From assembly GCA_024405635.1 (NCBI GenBank), contig JAKSOL010000019.1, positions 1-57,434 of the forward strand: a stretch of DNA of 57,434 nucleotides, written 5' to 3'. The DNA comes from Salinivirgaceae bacterium. GTDB lineage: Bacteria > Bacteroidota > Bacteroidia > Bacteroidales > SZUA-534. The position numbers were made by a program, and so were the translations under genes. The notes beneath the pieces were generated by a model. That model was not told the DNA's origin, did no database searches, and saw only the letters and a list, made by a program, of their open reading frames with translations. This document shows positions 47,801-54,861 of this stretch, piece after piece. Within the stretch, counting starts at the first letter, position 1. Each line of letters opens with the position of its first letter.

Positions 47801-48047
47801 GTTACCAATGGTTATGAGTACTAGTGAAGGCTCTGAAATGTGGATCCCAATGGGTATTGTAGTTATCGGTGGTTTGTTAGTTTCAACCATCATCACACTT
47901 ATTGTGGTTCCAGTACTTTACGCCCTTATGTCGCGCCATGGCGAACGCGATAAAGAAGAAAGTTTGCGCAGTCAGTTCATCTTCTTCGACATGGACTCCG
48001 ACTCCGTTCTTGACACTCGCAAAGAGAGAAATAACGAACTAATTTAA
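44832..48047 (+). CDS. RND efflux permease (AcrB/AcrD/AcrF family)
   Basis: GMVVDDAIVVLEN, GIVVKNGIVLID and RLRPVLMT proton-relay motifs; 1071 aa. Confidence 0.95.
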   Translation: MSIYRTAIEKPITTALIFVAVIIMGVFSFHKLPIDQFPEIEPPYVMVMTSYPGANASEIETNVTRLMENNLNSVDGLKELTSTSKDNMSVIVMEFEWGLKLDDVVNDVRSYVDMVRDYLPSGCSSPFIFKFSSSAMPIIQFAITANESYSGLEKILNDELVPVLNSVNGIGNISLSGAPDRYIYIEIDQEKLDAYGIALETVGQVVAANNLNMSSGNIKINKEQYQLQVRSEYSESAEINNLVVSTTPSGQQVFIRDIATVRDTIKDLSLDEKIDGRDGVRMIITKQSGANTVQICRDVRKKMAESMAWLPSDVKIDVIYDSSEEIENAISSLEESILYALLFVVLVVLFFLGRWRATIIIGLTIPIALIVAFIYLLFVDSSLNIISLCSLTIAIGMVVDDAIVVLENITKHVDRGEGPHEASIYATNEVWTSVIATTLVIVAVFVPLTMLSGMAGILFKELGWIVTICVVTSTIVAISLTPMLSSVLIKGRQIKLVNGKMVEEKKENNNWWSYENTVIRFLDKLDSLYAKALHWCLTHKATTMTAIIVFFVLSMLPAITGQIGTDFMQKSDNARMTVTIELQRGTRIEETAKFARHLEQRIFTLVPETRIISTSAGSSDESNVGALFSSTSNNKISMIISATKKYERERSIFELAEVVRQELATYPQVVDYKCTTSSGMGGSSSTVDVEIYGYDFDATSLLAEQIKQLIKDSVPSARDIDISREEDRSELKVVVDKEKAARHGLTSATIATYLYNRVNGMSAGYLKEDGDEYDIKVRLLEKNRNSIDDIENLTIPTATGKLIKLREVGRIEEYFCPPEIARQDRQRVVKVTSLPYETSLGELATEIQNQVSKIKLPQGITVKFGGDYEEQQETFADMGLLLALIVMLVYVVMASQFESLSKPFIIMMSFPFAVSGVVIALWITNTTLDMIGALGIVMLVGIVVKNGIVLIDYINLMRDRGYELNKAIELSGASRLRPVLMTAATTILGMLPMVMSTSEGSEMWIPMGIVVIGGLLVSTIITLIVVPVLYALMSRHGERDKEESLRSQFIFFDMDSDSVLDTRKERNNELI

Positions 48048-48055
48048 CACTTAAT

Positions 48056-48349
48056 ATGAAGGCAGTTTTTATAGTATTTAACCAATCGAACACTTCACGT
48101 GTTGAGTATATGCTTGACCGACTTGAAATACGCGGCTACACTTTTTGGGAAGAAGTTCAAGGTCGAGGATCTGTTGATGGCGAACCTCGCCGTGGAACCC
48201 ACACTTGGCCCGAAATGAACTCTGCAGTTATCACAATGGTTGAAGACGACAAGGTTGAAGAACTAATGTCGAAAATTCACAACCTCGACAACCGCAACAA
48301 AGAAGTTGGTGTTCGCGCCTTTGTGTGGAACATTGAGCAAACTGTATAG
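48056..48349 (+). CDS. PII-like transporter-associated protein (PG0541 family)
   Basis: 97 aa; RGYTFWEEVQGRG...GTHTWP, a GlnB-like pattern; last gene of the RND operon. Confidence 0.78.
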   Translation: MKAVFIVFNQSNTSRVEYMLDRLEIRGYTFWEEVQGRGSVDGEPRRGTHTWPEMNSAVITMVEDDKVEELMSKIHNLDNRNKEVGVRAFVWNIEQTV

Positions 48350-48369
48350 AATCACTATTCATCGGTATC

Positions 48370-48407
48370 AAAAAAAGCCGCACCTAAACAAGGTTGCGGC
48401 TTTTTTT
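48370..48407 (+). terminator. Terminator ending the RND operon
   Basis: AAAAAAAGCCGCA...TGCGGCTTTTTTT. Confidence 0.85.
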
Positions 48408-48478
48408 GCAATTCGCCCACCCCCATTTTTTTATTTTTAACTACCAATTATTCAATATTCCCTTACTTTTGCAACCGA

Positions 48479-48553
48479 ACTGTTAGGGGTGCCACAAGGC
48501 TGAGATAATACCCTATGAACTTGATCTGTACAACAACAGCGAAAGGAAACAGT
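48479..48553 (+). ncRNA. TPP riboswitch aptamer
   Basis: ACTGTT-AGGGGTGCC..GGCTGAGATAATACCCTATGAACTTGATCTGT...ACAGCGAAAGGA-AACAGT; upstream of thiM; TACTTTTG box at 48464-48471. Confidence 0.9.
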
Positions 48554-48603
48554 AGCCGCATATTCACGGTAAGTTTTCATCTGTTTATACATTCAAGTAG
48601 TTC

Positions 48604-48630
48604 GTTGTAACGAAGGTCGTTGCAACTTTT
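48604..48630 (+). terminator. Leader terminator, probable expression platform of the TPP riboswitch
   Basis: GTTGTAACGA-AGG-TCGTTGCAAC 10-bp stem (one G-U) followed by TTTT, 22 nt before the thiM ATG. Confidence 0.6.
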
Positions 48631-48652
48631 AACTATTTAATGTTTTATAAAA

Positions 48653-49432
48653 ATGGACAAAAATCTTGTAGTAAAAGATTTGGAGGCGGTTCGCTCACAA
48701 TCGCCATTGGTGCAAAGCATCACAAACTATGTAGTAATGAACAACACAGCCAACGCTTTGTTGGCCATTGGAGCTTCTCCAATTATGGCTCATGCCGTTG
48801 AAGAAATGCAAGAAATGGCAACCATTTGCCAAAGCCTTGTAATAAACATCGGCACACTTAGTCCACGTTGGATTGAAGGAATGCTACTTGCAGGAAAAAC
48901 TGCAAAAGCTGCAGGTCACCCTGTAATTCTTGACCCTGTTGGCGCAGGTGCCACTTCGTATCGTACACAAACTTGCTTCAAAATTATTGAAGAATGCCAA
49001 CCAGACATTATTCGTGGCAATGGATCTGAAATAATGGCACTTGTTAATAGCGACATTAAGAGCAAAGGTGTTGATAGCTCAGAATCATCAAGTTCAGCCG
49101 TTGAATCTGCAAAAATTCTAGCTAAACGCTACAATTGCGTAGTAACCATCAGCGGCGAAATAGACTATGCTACCGATGGAGAACAAGTAATTGAAATACA
49201 CGGAGGCTCGCCAATGATGGCCAAAGTAACTGGACTTGGCTGCACTGCAAGTGCTTTAGTTGGAGCTTTTGCAGTTGTTAATCGCAACTATTTGCAAGCT
49301 GCTGCTAGTGCAATGCAAGTAATGGCGGTTGCCGGCGAATTGGCTGCTGCAAAATCGCGCGGCACAGGCTCAATGCAAATGAATTTCCTTGATGAACTTT
49401 ATAATCTATCGGCCAACGATATTATAAAATAA
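48653..49432 (+). CDS. thiM: Hydroxyethylthiazole kinase
   Basis: ITNYVVMNNTANALLAIGASPIMA, LDPVGAGAT, IRGNGSEI and VTGLGC. Confidence 0.95.
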   Translation: MDKNLVVKDLEAVRSQSPLVQSITNYVVMNNTANALLAIGASPIMAHAVEEMQEMATICQSLVINIGTLSPRWIEGMLLAGKTAKAAGHPVILDPVGAGATSYRTQTCFKIIEECQPDIIRGNGSEIMALVNSDIKSKGVDSSESSSSAVESAKILAKRYNCVVTISGEIDYATDGEQVIEIHGGSPMMAKVTGLGCTASALVGAFAVVNRNYLQAAASAMQVMAVAGELAAAKSRGTGSMQMNFLDELYNLSANDIIK

Positions 49433-49521
49433 TCACATCGTTATTGATGCACTTTATGCAAGAACTAAGTCGTCACAATCCGCTTTCGACTTAGTTCTTC
49501 TTTATAAAAACAACACTTAAA

Positions 49522-50160
49522 ATGCGAAAAACAATTGACCTATCGCTATATCTTGTAACTGACCGACCACTTTCACTTGGTCGTCCAATTGAATGGATTG
49601 TTGAAGAAGCTGTAAAAGGAGGAACAACCATTGTGCAGTTACGCGAAAAAGATTGCTCAACTCGCGAGTTTATTGAGTTAGCTATAAAGCTAAAACAAAC
49701 ACTTGCGCCATACAATGTTGCTCTAATTATCAACGACCGTGTTGACGTTGCTCTTGCCGCCAATGCCGATGGCGTTCACCTTGGACAGTCGGATATGGAT
49801 TGTAAAACCGCACGACAGCTACTTGGTCCCGATAAAATTATAGGTTTATCAATTGAACATATTGACGAAACTGACGCAGCAAACCAACTTGATATAGATT
49901 ACGTTGCCGTATCGCCCGTTTACCTAACAGGCACCAAAACCGACACAAGCGCCGCACTTGGCATTGATGGCGTAAAGAGTATTGTTGCAAAATCAATTCA
50001 CCCAGTTGTTGGCATCGGCGGAATGAACAAAAACACAATTGCCGACGTAATTGCTGCCGGTGCTGACGGCGTTGCAGTAGTTTCTGCTATAGTATCAGCC
50101 GAAAATCCAAATGAATCGTCAGCCGAACTAATTGATATAGTAAAACAAAGCAAACAATGA
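49522..50160 (+). CDS. thiE: Thiamine-phosphate synthase
   Basis: VQLREK, LIINDRVDVA, GVHLGQSD and VAVVSAI. Confidence 0.95.
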   Translation: MRKTIDLSLYLVTDRPLSLGRPIEWIVEEAVKGGTTIVQLREKDCSTREFIELAIKLKQTLAPYNVALIINDRVDVALAANADGVHLGQSDMDCKTARQLLGPDKIIGLSIEHIDETDAANQLDIDYVAVSPVYLTGTKTDTSAALGIDGVKSIVAKSIHPVVGIGGMNKNTIADVIAAGADGVAVVSAIVSAENPNESSAELIDIVKQSKQ

Positions 50161-50963
50161 AACAATACAAGCGTGTACTAACCATTGCTGGCAGCGATTC
50201 GGGCGGAGGCGCGGGCATTCAAGCCGATATGAAAACCATTTCGGCATGCGGTTGCTACGCCATGTCAGCAATAACTGCAGTTACGGTACAAAACACAAAA
50301 GGTGTAAGCCAAGTCTACCCTATTCCTGCTGACGTTGTTGCTGCGCAAATTGATGCTGTAATAAGCGACATTGGTGTCGATGCTGTCAAAATTGGAATGA
50401 TTAATTCAAGCGAAGTTATTTTGGCCATAAAACAAATTTTGGAGAAACATAACGTAACTAACATTGTTTTTGACCCAGTTATGGTATCAACTTCGGGACA
50501 CAAACTAATTGAAGACGAAGCTATAGACATTCTAAAGAACCAATTTCTAGTGAATGCACGCATAATAACCCCCAATGTACCCGAAGCCGAAATACTACTC
50601 GGGAAAAGCATCAAAAGCCAAAATCAACTTCCCGATATGGCTCGCGAACTAAGCCAAGGAAAAGTATCGGTATTGCTAAAAGCTGGCCACATGACCGACG
50701 ATACTTTGATTGATGTATTTTACAATGCCGAAACCAACGAAACCATTGAGCTAAAATCGAAACGACTAAACTCACCCAACACACACGGCACAGGATGCAC
50801 ACTATCATCAGCATTAGCATCATACATTGCTCTTGGTCATGATTTAAACAACGCAGCCCGCTTAGCACAAGAATATATACACAAAGCAATTGTGGCTGGT
50901 GCTGAATATAGAATAGGCCACGGACATGGCCCTGTGTGCCACTTTTTCAAATTCTGGGAATAA
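50157..50963 (+). CDS. thiD: Hydroxymethylpyrimidine/phosphomethylpyrimidine kinase
   Basis: IAGSDSGGGAGIQAD, DPVM, TPNVPEA, THGTGCTLSS and GHGHGP. Confidence 0.95.
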   Translation: MKQYKRVLTIAGSDSGGGAGIQADMKTISACGCYAMSAITAVTVQNTKGVSQVYPIPADVVAAQIDAVISDIGVDAVKIGMINSSEVILAIKQILEKHNVTNIVFDPVMVSTSGHKLIEDEAIDILKNQFLVNARIITPNVPEAEILLGKSIKSQNQLPDMARELSQGKVSVLLKAGHMTDDTLIDVFYNAETNETIELKSKRLNSPNTHGTGCTLSSALASYIALGHDLNNAARLAQEYIHKAIVAGAEYRIGHGHGPVCHFFKFWE

Positions 50964-50993
50964 ACCCATTCACAACCATCTTTATCAAAATAT

Positions 50994-51029
50994 AGCCCTT
51001 AGTAAAACACAAATTGCTAAGGGCTTTTT
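50994..51029 (+). terminator. Terminator after thiD
   Basis: AGCCCTTAGTAA...TTGCTAAGGGCT followed by TTTT. Confidence 0.8.
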
Positions 51030-51267
51030 AGTTTGCTCGAAGTAACTACAACTCTAACGAAAAAAATGGATTATGCGCAATGTTTGTATTTTATCAGCAA
51101 ATACACATAAAGTACAATCAAAGCAACATTGTAAAATATTGAGCAACAAGTAGTTCAGTGGCATTTAAAAAAAACCAAACCGCGCACCCAAAAGACGCGG
51201 AATAATAGAATATTCGTTTATCTTTGTGCAAAATTTGGTTTTTAAAATTTTAATTAAAAATAGAATT

Positions 51268-52869
51268 ATGAACATTGATTTGAGCAAGTATGGTATCACT
51301 GGTACCACTGAAATCGTTTACAATCCTTCATACGAAGAATTGTTCAAAGCAGAGACAGATTCGTCTTTGACTGGTTTTGACAAAGGTGTTGAGACAGAGC
51401 TTGGCGCTGTTAACGTAATGACAGGTATTTACACTGGTCGTTCACCTAAAGACAAATACATTGTTGATGATGCAAATTCACACGACAAAGTATGGTGGAC
51501 AACAGACGCTTACAAAAACGACAACCACCCAATGTCAGAGCAAGTTTGGGAAACTGTTAAAAGCTTGGCAGTAAAAGAACTTTGCGGAAAAAAACTATAT
51601 GTAGTTGACGCATTCTGCGGCGCAAACAAAGCTACTCGTCTAGCAGTTCGCTTTATTATGGAAGTTGCTTGGCAAGCTCACTTTGTAAAAAACATGTTCA
51701 TCCAACCAACAGAAGAGGAAATTGCAAACTTCGAGCCTAACTTTGTAATCTACAACGCTTCAAAAGCAAAAGTTGAGAACTTCAAAGAACTTGGTTTGAA
51801 CTCAGAGACTTGCGTTGCTTTCAACACAACTTCTCGCGAGCAAGTTATCATCAACACTTGGTACGGTGGTGAGATGAAAAAAGGTATGTTCTCTATGCAG
51901 AACTACTTCTTGCCATTGCAAGGCATTGCTTCAATGCACTGCTCTGCAAACTGCGACATGGAAGGTAAACACACCGCTATCTTCTTCGGTTTGTCTGGTA
52001 CTGGCAAAACTACCCTTTCAACTGACCCAAAACGCAAACTTATTGGTGACGACGAGCACGGTTGGGACGACGAGGGCGTATTTAACCTAGAAGGTGGTTG
52101 CTATGCAAAAGTAATTGGTCTTTCAAAAGAACACGAGCCTGATATCTACGGTGCTATCAAACGCAACGCTTTGCTTGAGAACGTTACCGTTGATGAAAAA
52201 ACTGGCCAAATTGATTTCAACGACAAATCAGTTACCGAGAACACCCGTGTTTCTTACCCAATCAATCACATCAACAACATTCAACCAGGATCTTCTGCTC
52301 CAGCTGCTGAAAACGTAATCTTCCTTTCAGCTGACGCATTTGGTGTATTGCCTCCAGTATCAATCCTTACTCCAGAGCAAACCAAATACTACTTCTTGAG
52401 CGGATTTACAGCTAAATTGGCTGGTACCGAGCGTGGTATCACCGAGCCAACTCCTACTTTCTCAGCTTGCTTCGGTCAAGCATTCTTGGAGTTGCACCCA
52501 ACCAAATACGCTGAAGAATTGGTTAAGAAAATGGAAAAATCAGGTGCAAAAGCATACTTGGTTAACACCGGTTGGAACGGAACTGGCAAACGTATCTCAA
52601 TTCCTGACACTCGTGGTATCATCGACGCTATTCTTGATGGCTCTATCTTGAAAGCTGAAACCAAAATGATTCCTATGTTCAACTTTGAGGTTCCAACTTC
52701 ATTGCCAAACGTTAACCCTGCTATTCTTGACCCACGCGACACTTACGCAAACGCTTCACAATGGGAAGAAAAAGCTAAAGACTTGGCAGCTCGCTTTATC
52801 AAAAACTTTGATAAATACACAACCAACGAAGCTGGTAAAGCTTTGGTTGCTGCTGGTCCAAAATTGTAA
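51268..52869 (+). CDS. pckA: Phosphoenolpyruvate carboxykinase (ATP)
   Basis: [34 protein letters not shown] and TENTRVSYP. Start ATG 51268 follows a TATCTTTG box at 51219-51226. Confidence 0.97.
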   Translation: MNIDLSKYGITGTTEIVYNPSYEELFKAETDSSLTGFDKGVETELGAVNVMTGIYTGRSPKDKYIVDDANSHDKVWWTTDAYKNDNHPMSEQVWETVKSLAVKELCGKKLYVVDAFCGANKATRLAVRFIMEVAWQAHFVKNMFIQPTEEEIANFEPNFVIYNASKAKVENFKELGLNSETCVAFNTTSREQVIINTWYGGEMKKGMFSMQNYFLPLQGIASMHCSANCDMEGKHTAIFFGLSGTGKTTLSTDPKRKLIGDDEHGWDDEGVFNLEGGCYAKVIGLSKEHEPDIYGAIKRNALLENVTVDEKTGQIDFNDKSVTENTRVSYPINHINNIQPGSSAPAAENVIFLSADAFGVLPPVSILTPEQTKYYFLSGFTAKLAGTERGITEPTPTFSACFGQAFLELHPTKYAEELVKKMEKSGAKAYLVNTGWNGTGKRISIPDTRGIIDAILDGSILKAETKMIPMFNFEVPTSLPNVNPAILDPRDTYANASQWEEKAKDLAARFIKNFDKYTTNEAGKALVAAGPKL

Positions 52870-52891
52870 TCTTACCGATTTCAATTATATT

Positions 52892-52930
52892 AAAACTCCT
52901 CTCGGGCAACCGAGGGGAGTTTTTTTTTTT
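52892..52930 (+). terminator. Terminator after pckA
   Basis: AAAACTCCTCTCGG-GCAA-CCGAGGGGAGTTTT with a GNRA loop and a long T-run. Confidence 0.9.
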
Positions 52931-53028
52931 GCAAAAAAAATGGTTGATAACCCGCGCAAAAGTTTGACCAACAAAACAATGCCACCCTACACATTTTAGT
53001 AACTTTCGCATCATTTATTGTTACGCAA

Positions 53029-53616
53029 ATGCTATTGAAAAAATTTTTACAACGCTCAAAACTGAGCTTAACAATTGACCTTGCCATTGTAGCCCTTGGA
53101 GCAATGCTGCTGATACCAGCAACAAGACAAAACACCATTGCAATGATGCTTCGTCCAACAATGTTTATTCACCACATTGGGCTATTGGCTCATCCTCAAC
53201 AACTTGAAGAATCGACTTTTGACTGGCAATTATTTGACCTTAACGGAAACAAACACTCCTTATCCGAATACAAAGGCAAAGTTATTTTTATCAATTATTG
53301 GGCAAGTTGGTGTGCTCCTTGTTTGGCAGAGACAAATCAACTTCAACAATTATATTCAGACTATGGTAGCAAAGTTAACTTTCTGTTTATCAGCAATGAA
53401 GAACAACAAATAGTTGCGAATTATGAAAACAATAAAAAAACAGGACTGCCATATTTTACCCCACTAACCCAGTACCCAAACCAACTACAAACCTCCTCAT
53501 TACCAACTACTTTTATAATAAATAAAGAGGGTGTTCTTGTTATGAAAAAGACTGGTATTGCGCCTTGGAACGGAAGCGATTCTCGTAGAATATTAGATTC
53601 ACTTTTAGCTGAGTAA
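53029..53616 (+). CDS. TlpA/ResA-like thiol-disulfide oxidoreductase, membrane anchored
   Basis: YWASWCAPC (CxxC), cis-Pro LPTTFII and an N-terminal TM. Confidence 0.9.
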   Translation: MLLKKFLQRSKLSLTIDLAIVALGAMLLIPATRQNTIAMMLRPTMFIHHIGLLAHPQQLEESTFDWQLFDLNGNKHSLSEYKGKVIFINYWASWCAPCLAETNQLQQLYSDYGSKVNFLFISNEEQQIVANYENNKKTGLPYFTPLTQYPNQLQTSSLPTTFIINKEGVLVMKKTGIAPWNGSDSRRILDSLLAE

Positions 53617-53617
53617 T

Positions 53618-54850
53618 ATGGTTTTAAATTACATCTGGGTAGCCTTTTTTGTAATTGCCTTTGTTGTGGCAGTTTGCAGGCTTGTTTTTACTGGCGACAC
53701 TGAAATATTTTCGGCAATTGTAACTAGTACATTCGACATGTCGAAAACTGGTTTTGAAATTTCACTTGGTTTAACAGGAGTTATGACTCTTTGGTTGGGA
53801 TTGATGCGCATTGGTGAAAAAGGAGGAATGATTGAAGTGTTTTCAAAAATACTAGGACCTTTGTTACATCGCCTATTTCCCGAAATCCCCAAAAATCATC
53901 CAGTTAATGGCTCTATAATGATGAACATTGCAGCAAACATGCTAGGCATAGATAATGCAGCCACGCCATTGGGGCTAAAAGCCATGAGCCAACTTCAAGA
54001 GCTAAATCCCAAAAAGGACACTGCATCAAATCCAATGATTATGTTCCTTGTGCTCAACACTTCAGGACTTACATTGATTCCTGTAAGCATCATGGTTTAC
54101 CGCGCACAAATGGGAGCAGCCGACCCTTCTGACGTGTTTTTGCCAATATTATTGGCCACATTTTTCAGCACAATGGTTGGCATTTTATCTGTTTCAATTT
54201 TCCAAAAGATAAACCTTTTCAACAAAGTCATTCTAGCATACTTTGGTGCATTTTCTCTTATAGTTGGATGCCTAATATGGTACTTTGTTCAACTTCCACG
54301 CGAACAAGTAAATATGCAATCGTCACTAATGGCCAACATCATTTTATTTGGCATCATAATATCGTTTATTCTACTTGCTGTTAAACACAAAGTAAACGTG
54401 TATGAAGCTTTTATTGATGGTGCTAAAGAAGGTTTTTCAGTTGCAGTAAAAATCATACCTTACCTTATAGCTATACTAGTTGGCGTTGGAGTTTTTCGTG
54501 CGTCGGGAGCCCTCGACTTTCTTGTTGACGGCATTCGCACACTAGTCTCGTTATGCGGATTTGATGCTCAATTTGTTGATTCTCTGCCAACTGCGCTAAT
54601 GAAACCCCTTAGCGGCTCTGGTGCACGTGGCATGATGATTGACACAATGCACAATTTGGGAGCAGACTCGTTTGCTGGGCGTTTGGCTTGTACTTTTCAA
54701 GGCTCGTGCGATACAACTTTTTACATTCTTGCAGTTTATTTTGGTAGTGTTGGCATAAGCAAAACCCGCCATGCAGTTACTTGCGGACTACTTGCCGACT
54801 TGGCTAGTATTGTTGCCGCCATTACAATGGCCTACATATTTTGGGGATAA
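53618..54850 (+). CDS. Fused SpmA/SpmB nucleoside-recognition (Gate) domain membrane protein
   Basis: ANMLGIDNAATPLGLKAM, FLVLNTS, KPLSGSGARG and TFYILAVYFG. Confidence 0.9.
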   Translation: MVLNYIWVAFFVIAFVVAVCRLVFTGDTEIFSAIVTSTFDMSKTGFEISLGLTGVMTLWLGLMRIGEKGGMIEVFSKILGPLLHRLFPEIPKNHPVNGSIMMNIAANMLGIDNAATPLGLKAMSQLQELNPKKDTASNPMIMFLVLNTSGLTLIPVSIMVYRAQMGAADPSDVFLPILLATFFSTMVGILSVSIFQKINLFNKVILAYFGAFSLIVGCLIWYFVQLPREQVNMQSSLMANIILFGIIISFILLAVKHKVNVYEAFIDGAKEGFSVAVKIIPYLIAILVGVGVFRASGALDFLVDGIRTLVSLCGFDAQFVDSLPTALMKPLSGSGARGMMIDTMHNLGADSFAGRLACTFQGSCDTTFYILAVYFGSVGISKTRHAVTCGLLADLASIVAAITMAYIFWG

Positions 54851-54861
54851 TGCAAAAAGAT

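Noticed and set aside
53618-54850. Sporulation implied by the spore maturation protein name
   Set aside because: Fused SpmAB homologs are widespread in non-sporulating Gram-negative bacteria, and there are no other sporulation genes here.
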